A stretch of DNA of 64,000 nucleotides, taken from assembly GCA_001805445.1 (NCBI GenBank), contig MHGF01000029.1, positions 4,270 to 68,269 of the forward strand, read 5' to 3'. A program made the translations under genes and the position numbers. Positions 36,581 through 50,684 of this stretch are shown piece by piece. Positions within the stretch are counted from its first letter, which is position 1. Each line of letters opens with the position of its first letter. Under the pieces are notes generated by a model, which was not told the origin of the DNA, did not search any database, and saw only the letters and a list, made by a program, of their open reading frames with translations. Source of the DNA: Omnitrophica WOR_2 bacterium GWF2_43_52 (lineage in GTDB: Bacteria; Omnitrophota; Gorgyraeia; Gygaellales; UBA12090).

Positions 36581-36826
36581 TTGCTGAATCCCGCGGATAA
36601 CAAAGACAAAAACGAGAATCTTAAATACTTAAAGGTTGTCCTTGAGGCTACAAGCATCCCCTTTGTATTGCTTGGCGGGCCGATGGTGGGATTTTTTATC
36701 GGGGCTTTTCTTGACCAAAGGTTTAATTCCGGGAAGTTATTTACTTTTCTCTTTGTAGTGTTGGGTTTTGTCGCGGCAGTCAAAGAAACTATTTATATTA
36801 TTAAGAGGGTGCAAAAAGGCATATAA
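36581..36826 (+). CDS. AtpZ/AtpI-like small membrane protein of the ATP synthase operon
   Basis: 81 aa with 2 TM segments. First gene of the atp operon. Confidence 0.5.
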   Translation: MLNPADNKDKNENLKYLKVVLEATSIPFVLLGGPMVGFFIGAFLDQRFNSGKLFTFLFVVLGFVAAVKETIYIIKRVQKGI

Positions 36827-36828
36827 GC

Positions 36829-37224
36829 GTGGAGATCTCTTTTATCTACAAGTCGCTCAAAGTAAGCTTTTGGTTTACTCTACTGCTTTCATTATTTTCT
36901 CTTTATTATTTCGGCCAAAAATTCACATTAGGCTTAATCAGCGGCTCTTTCTGGAGTATAGCTAATTTTTTGCTTTTTGTTGGGCTTTCAAAAGCTTTTA
37001 CGGATATTGCTCATAACAAGCTGAAGATAGCCTTGTATGCTTTTATTAAGTTTGGAGCGCTTTATATTACAGGTTATTTGATTATATCATCGTCTAAGGT
37101 TTCATTGCCCGGTATCAGTGTGGGGTTTGGCATCATTTTTACGGTGATTTTTCTGCAGGCAATAGGAATGGTGTTTGCCTCGTTGGAGACTACAGCGCAA
37201 CCGGAAAAATTAAAATGTCTCTGA
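36829..37224 (+). CDS. atpI: ATP synthase protein I-like membrane protein
   Basis: 131 aa with 4 TM segments and a GTG start. Lies between the atpZ-like gene and atpB. Confidence 0.5.
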   Translation: MEISFIYKSLKVSFWFTLLLSLFSLYYFGQKFTLGLISGSFWSIANFLLFVGLSKAFTDIAHNKLKIALYAFIKFGALYITGYLIISSSKVSLPGISVGFGIIFTVIFLQAIGMVFASLETTAQPEKLKCL

Positions 37225-37251
37225 CGGGGTTTACTCAAAAAGAGGTGCCTT

Positions 37252-38073
37252 GTGTCAGGCTCTGAAAGCTCCTCACAGGAATTAGCAAATTTTATCGGTA
37301 TCACGGTTAAAGGTTTAGGTGATTCAGGCCTTGGGATATTCCTTCATCGCTGGGAAAATGTGATTTTTTCCTTGATAGCGGTGGTGTTTCTATCTCTTAT
37401 GGCTTACTTTGCCCAGCGTAACCGCTCTTTTGTCCCTGAGCGAAGGCTCCAGAATATGGTTGAGGTACTGGTTGAGAGTTTAAGTAATTTTGTCTCCGGG
37501 GTCCTGGGTGAAAAAGAAGGCAGGCATTATCTTCCGTATATAGGCACGCTTTTTCTCTATATCTTAATTATGAATTTTATGGGTATGGTGCCGGGAATGA
37601 AATCGCCCACGTCCAGCCTGAACACGACTGTGGCACTTGCGCTTTGCACCTTTATCTACGTGCAATATACCGGGATACGGAGGCTGGGAATGATCGGCTA
37701 TCTTGACCATATGGCAGGAAGCCCGCGCATGCCTGAGGAAAAAGGCGTTTTTAAAATATTCTTAATTTTACTGTTTATTCCTATCCATATCCTTTTATTC
37801 ATTATCCATATTATTGGCGAGTTTGTAAAACCAGTAAGCTTATCCCTGCGTCTTTTTGGGAATATTACCGGTGAAGACGCGCTTTTGTATGTGTTTGTTA
37901 TGTTGGGGCTTTCAATGTTTTCTGCCTGGAAAAGTCCCGTAGGGTTCCCTCTGCAGATACCGATAATGTTTTTGTCGTTAATCGGGGGGGCGGTGCAGGC
38001 AATGGTCTTTAGCCTGCTTTCGGCAGTGTATATCTCGATGATGCTTCCGCATCATGAAGAAGTGAAACATTAA
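37252..38073 (+). CDS. atpB: F0F1 ATP synthase subunit a
   Basis: 273 aa. Conserved Arg within LSLRLFGNI. Confidence 0.85.
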   Translation: MSGSESSSQELANFIGITVKGLGDSGLGIFLHRWENVIFSLIAVVFLSLMAYFAQRNRSFVPERRLQNMVEVLVESLSNFVSGVLGEKEGRHYLPYIGTLFLYILIMNFMGMVPGMKSPTSSLNTTVALALCTFIYVQYTGIRRLGMIGYLDHMAGSPRMPEEKGVFKIFLILLFIPIHILLFIIHIIGEFVKPVSLSLRLFGNITGEDALLYVFVMLGLSMFSAWKSPVGFPLQIPIMFLSLIGGAVQAMVFSLLSAVYISMMLPHHEEVKH

Positions 38074-38096
38074 TAAGAAAGGAGAAACGTAAAAAA

Positions 38097-38339
38097 ATGG
38101 ATGCAAATACAGCATTAGCACTTTCTTTGCCGTTTGGATTGGCAATCGCCGCGCTGGCAAGTGCCTTCGCGTTGGGCAGGGCAGTGTCGGCAGCAATGGA
38201 TGCCATGGCGCGCCAGCCTGAGGCAGCCCCGAAAATTCAGGTGGCGATGATTATCGGATGCGCTTTTATTGAAGCATTGACGATTTACGCGTTTGTTATC
38301 GCGTTTCTTTCAATGGCAAAGATACAGGCGGTTCATTAA
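38097..38339 (+). CDS. atpE: F0F1 ATP synthase subunit c
   Basis: 80 aa hairpin protein. Within IEALTIYAFVIAF, the E of IEAL is the proton-binding carboxylate. Confidence 0.85.
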   Translation: MDANTALALSLPFGLAIAALASAFALGRAVSAAMDAMARQPEAAPKIQVAMIIGCAFIEALTIYAFVIAFLSMAKIQAVH

Positions 38340-38340
38340 T

Positions 38341-38440
38341 CTACAATGTAGGGCTACGCGAATAAACGCGAATAAAAAGATTGAGAATATTCGCGAATTA
38401 AAATTCGCGTAAATTTACGTAACAATGTAAAGTTGTTTCA
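38341..38440. repeat. Palindromic array with the variant core CGCGAAT/ATTCGCG
   Basis: acgcgaat aaacgcgaat ... attcgcgaat taaaattcgcgt aaatttacgt. An ACAATGTA direct repeat flanks the array at both ends. Confidence 0.55.
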
Positions 38441-38469
38441 TTGCAGTAACTTTTTAGTAAGGCACGAAC

Positions 38470-38955
38470 ATGATGAATCTTGATTTTCAACAGGTACTTA
38501 CCCAAGCCGTAGGTTTTCTCATCCTTTTGGGGCTGCTCAAGCTGTTTTTCTGGAAGCCGGTCATATCTTTACTTGACCAGAGGAAAGAAAAGATAGCCGC
38601 GGAGTTTAAACACATTGAGGACGCCAAGGCAGAGCTTGCTACATTAAAGGCTGAATATGAAACAAGGCTTGCCTCAATTGAGGAAATCGCCCGGCAGAAG
38701 ATAAAAGAGGCTGTTGAAGAAGGAAAAAGAATAACCGATGAGTTGAAGTCCAAGGCTGAGGAGCAGGCACGCCAGATAATAGAAAGTGGCCGGGAGAATA
38801 TCAGGCAGGAGCTCTTAAAGACAAAGCAGGAATTAAAAAGCCATATCGTGGATTTGGCGTTAAGGGCTACTGAGAGTATTATCCTTGAGAAACTCACGGC
38901 AGATCATGACAAGAAGCTGGTTGAAGATTTTCTTGACAAGATAGACAGGGCCTGA
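38470..38955 (+). CDS. atpF: F0F1 ATP synthase subunit b
   Basis: N-terminal TM segment followed by a long charged coiled coil. Confidence 0.8.
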   Translation: MMNLDFQQVLTQAVGFLILLGLLKLFFWKPVISLLDQRKEKIAAEFKHIEDAKAELATLKAEYETRLASIEEIARQKIKEAVEEGKRITDELKSKAEEQARQIIESGRENIRQELLKTKQELKSHIVDLALRATESIILEKLTADHDKKLVEDFLDKIDRA

Positions 38956-39016
38956 TGAACCCCGCGCCTTCTAAAATGTTTAAAAGATTAAAAATGAATA
39001 AGAACGAAGGTGCGGG

Positions 39017-39565
39017 GTGAAGGACGATGTGCTAGCAAAGAGATACGCCGATGCCTTTTTAAGCTATGCCTGCCAGGGCCTAAGTGAAGAAAAGGCGCTT
39101 GACGATTTTAAAAAGGCAAGGGAAATTCTCTTAGAGAATAAAGAGCTTATTCTTGATTTCTTGGAAGCTCCGGCAGTAACCGTGCTTGAGAAAAACGCCT
39201 TTATTGATAAGTTCTTTGGCGAGGGCTTCTCAGAAGAGTTCCGGCAGTTTTTAAAATTTCTTTTAAAGAAAAACAGGATCGACAAACTCTGGGATGTCGC
39301 GGAATATGTCAGGGTCGCCTATTCTCACGGCAAAAGCGTAAGGGCGCTGCTTAAGACGAGTTTTCCTTTAGATTTGGAATTGGTCCAGTTGATTATTGAC
39401 AGCCTGGAGAGAAAGTTCCAGAGAAAAATCAAACTGTATATAGAGCTTGACGGCGAGCTGTTAGGGGGAGTTAAGGTGGTCATAGGCAACAAGGTAATTG
39501 ATGGGTCCGTGAAAAGGCGTATTGAAAGGCTTAAAGAACGATTTGAAACACTAAGGACTGCGTAA
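39017..39565 (+). CDS. atpH: F0F1 ATP synthase subunit delta
   Basis: 182 aa OSCP/delta-like protein, positioned between atpF and atpA. Confidence 0.75.
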   Translation: MKDDVLAKRYADAFLSYACQGLSEEKALDDFKKAREILLENKELILDFLEAPAVTVLEKNAFIDKFFGEGFSEEFRQFLKFLLKKNRIDKLWDVAEYVRVAYSHGKSVRALLKTSFPLDLELVQLIIDSLERKFQRKIKLYIELDGELLGGVKVVIGNKVIDGSVKRRIERLKERFETLRTA

Positions 39566-39566
39566 A

Positions 39567-41096
39567 ATGGCGATAAAACCGGAAGAAGTAACATCAATAC
39601 TCAAGAAAGAATTAGAAAAGTACCGTTCAAAGATTGAGGTGGAGTCGGTTGGTACCGTAATCCAGGTGGGAGATACTATTGCCCGCGTCTATGGCCTGGA
39701 TGATGTGATGATGGGTGAACTGGTGCAATTCCCCGGCGGGATTATGGGAATGGTGTTAAACTTGGAAGAAAATAGCGTGGGTGTGGTTATCTTCGGGACT
39801 GACAATGCTGATATGACTATCCGCGAGGGGGATATTGTCAAGCGCACAGGAAAAATTGTCCAGGTCCCTGTGGGTAATGCCCTGGTGGGACGGGTAGTAA
39901 ACGCGCTGGGAAGCCCGATTGACGGTAAAGGCGCCGTGGTTACGGATAAATATCGGCCTCTTGAAGCAGGCGCCCCTAATGTCATTGACCGTCAGCCGGT
40001 AAAAGAGCCGCTTGAAACCGGCATCAAGGCAATTGATTCAATGATTCCTATCGGTAGAGGGCAAAGAGAGTTGATTATCGGCGACCGCCAGACAGGAAAA
40101 ACCGCGATTGTTATTGATACTATCATCAATCAAAAAGGAAAAGGCGTTTACTGTATCTATGTGGCGATAGGCCAGAAGATGTCAAGTGTGGTGGCTATAC
40201 ATGAACTTCTGAAGACCTATGGGGCAATGGAATATACTACTATCGTCAGCGCCTCAAGCCGGGCATCAGCATCGTTACAGTATTTAGCGCCGTACGCTGG
40301 ATGCGCGATAGGCGAAGAGATGATGTATTCGGGAAAGCATGTGCTAGTGATTTATGATGACCTTTCTAAGCATGCCCAGAGCTATCGGCAGCTGTCGTTA
40401 CTTTTAAGGCGCCCACCGGGAAGAGAGGCATATCCCGGTGACGTGTTTTATCTGCATTCCCGCCTTTTAGAGAGGGCGGCAAAGCTCAAGGATTCCTTAG
40501 GCGGAGGCTCGCTTACCGCGTTACCTATAATTGAGACACAGGCCGGAGATATCACCAGCTATATCCCGACTAATGTTATTTCAATTACTGACGGCCAGAT
40601 TTACCTTGAGAATGACCTATTTTATTCAGGGGTGCGCCCGGCTATAAACGTGGGGCTATCCGTTTCAAGAGTCGGAGGCAAGGCCCAGATAAAGGCAATG
40701 CGCCAGGTGGCCGCGAAGCTGCGCCTTGACCTGGCCCAATACAGGGAATTGGCGGCGTTTGCCCAATTCGGAAGCGAATTGGATAAGACTACCCAGATGC
40801 AGCTGACCCGCGGGGAGAAGATGGTTGAAATACTCAAACAGGCGCAGTTTGTGCCGCTTCCGGTGGCAAGGCAGATTTTGATTATTTATTGCGGCACGCG
40901 CGGGTTTCTTGACGATTTGCCGATACACTTACTCAAGGATTTTGAGGCCAAAATCTTCGCGCATATCGAGAAGGAATATCCTGACCTTGAGTATGAGATT
41001 GAGAATAAAAAAGAATTAAGCCCTGATTTGATGAAAAAGCTTGATGAGATAATTGCTTCGTTCAAGCAGTATTTCAAAGGCACAGGCGCAAGCTAA
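39567..41096 (+). CDS. atpA: F0F1 ATP synthase subunit alpha
   Basis: 509 aa. Walker A GDRQTGKT. Confidence 0.95.
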   Translation: MAIKPEEVTSILKKELEKYRSKIEVESVGTVIQVGDTIARVYGLDDVMMGELVQFPGGIMGMVLNLEENSVGVVIFGTDNADMTIREGDIVKRTGKIVQVPVGNALVGRVVNALGSPIDGKGAVVTDKYRPLEAGAPNVIDRQPVKEPLETGIKAIDSMIPIGRGQRELIIGDRQTGKTAIVIDTIINQKGKGVYCIYVAIGQKMSSVVAIHELLKTYGAMEYTTIVSASSRASASLQYLAPYAGCAIGEEMMYSGKHVLVIYDDLSKHAQSYRQLSLLLRRPPGREAYPGDVFYLHSRLLERAAKLKDSLGGGSLTALPIIETQAGDITSYIPTNVISITDGQIYLENDLFYSGVRPAINVGLSVSRVGGKAQIKAMRQVAAKLRLDLAQYRELAAFAQFGSELDKTTQMQLTRGEKMVEILKQAQFVPLPVARQILIIYCGTRGFLDDLPIHLLKDFEAKIFAHIEKEYPDLEYEIENKKELSPDLMKKLDEIIASFKQYFKGTGAS

Positions 41097-41110
41097 CCGC
41101 ATTCAGTCGT

Positions 41111-43382
<2,272 letters not shown>

Positions 43383-43386
43383 GATA

Positions 43387-43644
43387 ATGGAAAAAGACTT
43401 TTTACTTACCATACTTTGCCCGGATAAAAAATTATACGAAGGGAGAATCAAGTCGTTAATAGTGCCTTCTGAATTAGGGTATCTTGGTGTCCTCGCTAAC
43501 CACGCCCCGCTTATCACTAACCTTGTTCCCGGAAAAATCACCATCCGCAATCCATCCGATGAGATAACCGTACTTCATGCTCACGGTAAAGGCTTCTTAG
43601 AAGTTTTTAAGAATAACGTCACCCTCCTCGTAAGCGCCGCCTGA
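43387..43644 (+). CDS. atpC: F0F1 ATP synthase subunit epsilon
   Basis: The ATG lies 4 nt after the atpD stop and the product has an epsilon beta-sandwich N-terminus. The tracked ORF starting at 43351 is an in-frame upstream extension overlapping atpD. Confidence 0.8.
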   Translation: MEKDFLLTILCPDKKLYEGRIKSLIVPSELGYLGVLANHAPLITNLVPGKITIRNPSDEITVLHAHGKGFLEVFKNNVTLLVSAA

Positions 43645-43715
43645 TGCGCTTAACCACGTTCATTTAATTATAATAGTCTAAAGAATTGACAGCGTCTCTG
43701 GACACTAAAAAACAA

Positions 43716-43748
43716 AAAAGCCCTTTATCCAAGGGCCCTTTTGGAGGC
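43716..43748 (+). terminator. Rho-independent terminator after the ATP synthase operon
   Basis: aaaaagccctttatccaagggccctttt. A second hairpin plus T-run (tagcgcttgtcgcta ttttttt) follows at about 43758-43785. Confidence 0.6.
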
Positions 43749-44206
43749 TATAAACCTCTAGCGCTTGTCGCTATTTTTTTCCTCCTTTATTTATGAGTTC
43801 TTAGGGATTGTTGCTTTAGGGAGGCAGTTCCCCAAGACTTTTAGAAAACTTGTAACTAAAGTATGCCATAAGAAAACAAAAAAACAAGGGGTAAAAAGCC
43901 ATTTTTAGAAAGCGTTTTCTCGGTGTTTGAAATAATGAAAACTTGGATAAACGAATTCAGGCGGATGGTTACGGATGTCGCGGATAAAAAAATCTGTTTG
44001 CATTCGTGTATTTAATCAATGCGCAAAAATCTATTCTGATTCATTGGTAAATAAAATATTACAAAAAGTGCTTACAACAAAATCGGGAAAGCTTCCTTGA
44101 TTTTGGTTGACAAGCTTACCTTTTATGCTATCCTAAAATAAATAGATTTATAAAATAACGCTGCGGTAATGATAAGAATTAATTTCATAACAGGAAGGCG
44201 CGCTGA

Positions 44207-45844
<1,638 letters not shown>

Positions 45845-46168
45845 TCGCGAATTTTCTATCTTCTTTCTCCGTTATTGTTATCCTGCCTAGTTAAGATCTC
45901 CCTCCTCGCTTGCCTGCCGGCAGGTAAGCCGAGGCAAAATCTCTAATCCAGAGGAATATATTTTTCTCTCCATTAAAAGAAAGGTTTTCGATAATTTTTG
46001 CCTCAGTCGGCCGGATAATTAAGTTATTGCCTTATTAAAGAAAACGCTTTCCCGAAACCCCTGTTTTAGCCTTGTAATCCTAAGAATCGAGGGTATACTT
46101 TAATTACCAATTGAAAACTCAAAAAAGTTTATGTTTTCCTCTAAAACAATTTTTAGGAGATATGGCCA

Positions 46169-48610
46169 ATGCTAAAAAAGACGATAGCCGTTTTTTTATC
46201 TTTTAACTTCCTCTTCACCCAATGCCTTTTTGCCCAAGGCGTAGCCCAACTTAATATAGGAAGCTACCTGCGTACTGCAACGAGCAGTATGGCAGTGGAT
46301 AAATTCCGCCCTGTGCATATGCGTTATTTCTCCTATGATATAGCAACGGATAAGTTTGAAATGCTTTTGGATAAGGGAGACAATAAGGATATAAAGGAAG
46401 ATGAGCTTAAGGATAAGTCTAAAGCATTGATGGAGTATTTTCAGATTGGATTATCTTTGCCTAACGATAAGTTTTGGGTGAACTTGAGGCCGGATGCGGA
46501 AGACCAGATAATTGATCCGGAACTGGAAAAGACTGATGTGGGCAAGATTATGCTTGAGGCTGACCTGCAGTTAAAGAAAGACACCGCAAGTTTTACTTCG
46601 CCTCAAACTCCGGAAGGAAAAGAATATTGGGATAAGTTGTATAAAAAAGCAGGTGAGCTCTTCGGAACAGAAAATATCACTATCCCCACTATAACCCGTC
46701 CCTGGATAGTCCCGGGGGAGATAATTATAAGAGAAGGGGAAGATTCTGGTTCGACTTCGCTCACCACAAGCGCCTATATCTACAAGGCGAATATGAAGGT
46801 GATGTTAGAGCAGGATCACCTTCAGGGGACAGGGGGAAGAGTTCAGGGGATAGATTACAGTTTTAAGGACCCACGAATGAAGGAATTGAATGAATATTCC
46901 TCACAGTTAATCCGGGAACTGATTATCCCTAAGCTGACCAAAGAGGTAAATATCTCCAAAAGATACGCCGCTCTTCGGCAGGTATTCTTTTCCTTGGTAA
47001 TGGCTCGCTGGTTTAAGGATAATTTCACCGGAAAACCCGGCACCTACGCCAGCCTGATTGACAGCCATAACCTTAATGATATTAGCTCTCAAGAACCCTG
47101 GTCAAAGACTGTTTATTTCAACCAATACAAGGAGTCTTTTGCCAAGGGCGAATATAACCTCAAAGAGCAGGTAGCCACTCCCTATGGACAGACGATTCGA
47201 AGTTATGTGAGCGGGGGAGTTGTGATGAATTTCGCTAAGAACATATACGAAGGAGGTAAGAAATTATTCTTGCCTGTTTTGTTTGCAGGAGTCTCAAATT
47301 TATCTCTTTTTGCTGGTAATGGTGATACGGGAGCAATGAGAAAGGTGGGGGCTGAAGAATATTCTGTAAGGCAAGAGAAGGCATTAACAGTGGCTAATTA
47401 TCTTAGAGCAAAGAAAGAAACGCAGGATAATATTAGAGCATTTACGCGCGATCTCGAAAAAAAATTTCCTCTTAGCCCCCAGATTATTAGGAAAATCCAA
47501 GAATATATTATTGGTTTTTCTTCAAAAGTTCTCAGTTTAAGTCCTCAAGACTCGAGAGAGAAAAGAATAGGAGATATCCTAAAAGATATAAGAGAAGAAT
47601 TCGGACAAGATTATCCAATTACAGGTATGAATGAATCTCTGGAAGGAATACTCAATCCGCTAGATACACTTGCAAATGAAAATAACTCTATAGAGCTTAA
47701 TGAGGCAATAAGATTAGCGATAAGACAAGCTACGTTAGATTTAAGGTCATCAATTGAACGAAGTCTTAAGGAGAGAACAGGCTCTTCGCCTCTTGCGGAG
47801 AAAGAAAAGATATCGAGGCAAATTTGGCTGGCTATGGCTGATTTGAAAAAGCTGCTTAATGATTTGGATGGAAAGATTACGCCTGAGGATATGAAGCCAG
47901 CCCAGGTACCTTTTGGTCCGGAGGTGCCAACGGTAAGATCTCCTGAGAGGGCTGTAAATATATTGCTTAATCTTATAGCGGATTATTTAAAAGATATGAA
48001 TAGTATTCCATCAGGCCTGGATACTTTCATAAGGATAATGGAAAACTATCGTGATAAGGACTTAAAAGAGGTTTTAGAAAAATATAAGTTTGTGGATAAG
48101 CTTAATCAAATTATTGAGAAGCTTAGCCCTAAGCAAAAAGATGCGGTTTCTCCGGAGGTGAGCATAGAAGCAACTCGGGAGAAGCAGGCAGCAAGCCCTC
48201 TTGCAGGTAGTGAGCCCTCTAGAGATACCTTAGGCGGTATTGACTTTCGTGCCATGAATTACCTCACGCAGCCGATGGGTAGTTTTCAGGGGCTTAATTT
48301 TACCCTGCCTCTGCTTAGCAGCAGCGCTCTTGAGGCAATAGACTTGGATGAAGAATTAGACCAGATAACGAATATGGCCATGCAGGGGATAATTCCTTCC
48401 GGCCAAAGGATAAAGGAGTATTTGGCTGCTTGCTTCCAGAAAGGCAAGATTGAGGATAAACAGGAATACTTGCTCTTATGCTTAGTTGAGGTCTGCCGCC
48501 TGCTTGAGGATGAGAATATGGAGAGCGCACCTGAGCTTCGGGAAGCCATAGTCATTGCCGATTCAGGGAGGTTTGTCTTGCAAGCAAAAGAGAATATTTC
48601 GCTGAATTAG
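46169..48610 (+). CDS. Secreted 813-aa paralog of the giant protein (shared N- and C-terminal domains, unrelated middle)
   Basis: Signal peptide MLKKTIAVFLSFNFLFTQCLFAQG. The N-terminal ~380 aa are about 60% identical to the giant protein (FRPVH(L/M)RYFSYD, WVNLRPDA, LEADLQLKKDTASFTSPQTPEGK, YWDKLYKKAGELFG). The C-terminal domain begins GGID and ends SLN in both proteins. Confidence 0.7.
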   Translation: MLKKTIAVFLSFNFLFTQCLFAQGVAQLNIGSYLRTATSSMAVDKFRPVHMRYFSYDIATDKFEMLLDKGDNKDIKEDELKDKSKALMEYFQIGLSLPNDKFWVNLRPDAEDQIIDPELEKTDVGKIMLEADLQLKKDTASFTSPQTPEGKEYWDKLYKKAGELFGTENITIPTITRPWIVPGEIIIREGEDSGSTSLTTSAYIYKANMKVMLEQDHLQGTGGRVQGIDYSFKDPRMKELNEYSSQLIRELIIPKLTKEVNISKRYAALRQVFFSLVMARWFKDNFTGKPGTYASLIDSHNLNDISSQEPWSKTVYFNQYKESFAKGEYNLKEQVATPYGQTIRSYVSGGVVMNFAKNIYEGGKKLFLPVLFAGVSNLSLFAGNGDTGAMRKVGAEEYSVRQEKALTVANYLRAKKETQDNIRAFTRDLEKKFPLSPQIIRKIQEYIIGFSSKVLSLSPQDSREKRIGDILKDIREEFGQDYPITGMNESLEGILNPLDTLANENNSIELNEAIRLAIRQATLDLRSSIERSLKERTGSSPLAEKEKISRQIWLAMADLKKLLNDLDGKITPEDMKPAQVPFGPEVPTVRSPERAVNILLNLIADYLKDMNSIPSGLDTFIRIMENYRDKDLKEVLEKYKFVDKLNQIIEKLSPKQKDAVSPEVSIEATREKQAASPLAGSEPSRDTLGGIDFRAMNYLTQPMGSFQGLNFTLPLLSSSALEAIDLDEELDQITNMAMQGIIPSGQRIKEYLAACFQKGKIEDKQEYLLLCLVEVCRLLEDENMESAPELREAIVIADSGRFVLQAKENISLN

Positions 48611-48667
48611 TGGTGCGGTTTTAAAAAGGTTGATTATCATTATGGGTATGTTATAATTAATCCCATA

Positions 48668-49057
48668 ATGAACAGAAAGGCCAAAACCTGGCTGGAATTA
48701 GCCGAGAATGATTTAGAGCTGGCTAAAGAGCTTTTAAAGCGTAACGGAAAAGTTTATTATTCCGCGCATTTTTGCCATTAGGCAATTGAGAAGCTGCTAA
48801 AAGCGATAATATCCCATCGCACTGAGAAAATCCCTCTACCTACCCATAATTTTAAAATCTTGCTTGATCAAGCTGAGCTAAAAGATATTCCTGAAGACAG
48901 AAAGAAATTCCTGTTTGGCTTAATGCCGCATTATATCGGAACAAGATATCCTGAGGATATCGCTAAACTTTATAAGCAATATACGAAAGCTTTTGCGATG
49001 AGATTATATAAAGAAACTTACGAGGTTTTTAAATGGTTAGAAGCTTATCTGAAATAA
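48668..49057 (+). pseudogene. HEPN-domain gene interrupted by an in-frame TAG at codon 38 (nt 48779-48781)
   Basis: MNRKAKTWLELAENDLELAKELLKRNGKVYYSAHFCH*AIEKLLKAI. The stop sits where HEPN proteins carry a Gln (CAG to TAG). The downstream part continues in frame to 49057 and overlaps the MNT gene start. Confidence 0.5.
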
Positions 49058-49362
49058 AAAAGATAGTTAATGCCTATAAAGGCGAATTGAGGCGCCATAA
49101 TATCCGCATTACCAAAACCATCCTTTACGGCTCTTACGCCAGGGGAAATCCTAAACCTTATAGCGATATAGATTTGGTAGTAATTTCTCCGGATTTAGCA
49201 AAATTCCCTCCTTTAAAAAGGCAGGAATTGCTTGCCCGCTTCACTATGGATATTGACGCTCCCCTTGAGGTAATAGGGTATACTCCCAAGGAATTAAGGA
49301 ATTCTAATAATACCATTTTCGGGCAGATAATCCGCGAAACCGGGAAGGTTTTGCCTGCTTGA
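49033..49362 (+). CDS. Minimal nucleotidyltransferase (MNT), partner of HEPN
   Basis: GSYARGNPKPYSDIDLVVIS is a GS...DxD nucleotidyltransferase motif. Confidence 0.7.
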   Translation: MVRSLSEIKKIVNAYKGELRRHNIRITKTILYGSYARGNPKPYSDIDLVVISPDLAKFPPLKRQELLARFTMDIDAPLEVIGYTPKELRNSNNTIFGQIIRETGKVLPA

Positions 49363-49451
49363 GGCCTGCCGCCAGTCATTGCTGATTCCGTAAGGGTTGT
49401 CCTGCAAACAGAAGATCCTTCAGAATTAAAAGCTTGTTTTAATTCTGAAGG

Positions 49452-50684
49452 CTAAGCCTCGTTACGAGGCTTAGCCTTGACAAAATCCAATATGCTTTTG
49501 GCGGCGCGAAGGGGGGCGCCTGGCTCGCCTAAATTTTCCCTCAAGGCAGTGAACTCTCTCTTTAGCTCATCTAATCGTTGTGTATCGCTCAATATTTCTA
49601 AAACTTTTTTAGCTATTGCCTCTGGTTTTGCCTTGAATTGAATGAATTCAGGGGCTATGCATTTTCCTGCCACGATATTTTCCATTCCAATGTAAGGTAC
49701 CCTTACTAGCGGCCGGTAGAGCATATAATTTAACGCTGACATTTTATAGATAACCACATTCGGTTTTTCCATTATGGCAGTCTCAAGGGTCGCTGTTCCA
49801 GAACTCACCAGGACAAAATCCGCCACATTGAGGCAGTCATACTGTTTTCCTTCAATAATCTTGATTTCTAAATTGAGATTGCTTCGTCCTGCTTCGGCTT
49901 CGCCTCGCAGTCCTGGCAATGACGACTGAATAATTTTCTCGTATAGAGTAGTGTCGAGGGATGAGGGTTTAGAAATAATAAACTGGGCGTTAGGTATTTT
50001 TTCTTTGATCAGCCGCGCGCTTTGGAGCATAATGGGTAAGATATTGTTTATTTCCGAGGCCCGCGAACCCGGTAAAAGCGCGAAAACAGGGCAGTTTTCT
50101 TTTAAGCCAAACGCCTGTAATGCCTCTTGCCGGCTAAGGGTTGGTTTTACGATATCTAAAAGCGGATGGCCCACAAACTCCGCGTCTATCCCGAATCTCC
50201 GGTAAAACTCCCGCTCAAATTTAAAGATAACAATCATCTTGTCAATACATTCTTTAATGGTTTTTACCCTGCCCTGCCGGGAAGCCCAGACTTGAGGGCT
50301 GATGTAGTAGATGGTTTTGGTGAGGGTATGTATCCTTTTGGCAAGCCTAAGGTTAAAACCAGAAAAATCCACGAAGATTACCGCATCAGGCTTAAGCTCT
50401 TCAATCTTATCCAAGACCAAGCGCATCAATTTTTTGAACTTATCGAGATTCTTTAGAACGTCAAAAAAGCCTAAGACGCTTAAATCCTTGATATCGTGAA
50501 TAATTTCCGCCCCCGCGGCCTTGAGGCGTTCACCGCCAACAGCAAAAACCTCTAAAGTGGTATCTAATGCCTTTAATTGGGAAACAAGCAGTCCAGCCTG
50601 AAGGTCTCCTGATGGCTCTCCTGTAACTATGAGAACCTTTTTCATACCCCTGGCGTGTGTAAGGGGTTCTATCGGTGTTTCCAT
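49452..50684 (-). CDS. lpxB: Lipid-A-disaccharide synthase
   Basis: 410 aa glycosyltransferase-family protein with an LpxB-like N-terminus (KVLIVTGEPSGDLQAGLLV). Confidence 0.8.
   Translation of the reverse strand: METPIEPLTHARGMKKVLIVTGEPSGDLQAGLLVSQLKALDTTLEVFAVGGERLKAAGAEIIHDIKDLSVLGFFDVLKNLDKFKKLMRLVLDKIEELKPDAVIFVDFSGFNLRLAKRIHTLTKTIYYISPQVWASRQGRVKTIKECIDKMIVIFKFEREFYRRFGIDAEFVGHPLLDIVKPTLSRQEALQAFGLKENCPVFALLPGSRASEINNILPIMLQSARLIKEKIPNAQFIISKPSSLDTTLYEKIIQSSLPGLRGEAEAGRSNLNLEIKIIEGKQYDCLNVADFVLVSSGTATLETAIMEKPNVVIYKMSALNYMLYRPLVRVPYIGMENIVAGKCIAPEFIQFKAKPEAIAKKVLEILSDTQRLDELKREFTALRENLGEPGAPLRAAKSILDFVKAKPRNEA

Noticed and set aside
36768-36965. 65-aa ORF overlapping the atpZ-like/atpI-like junction in another frame
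   Set aside because: It overlaps two membrane-protein genes of the operon in an alternative frame and has no independent support.
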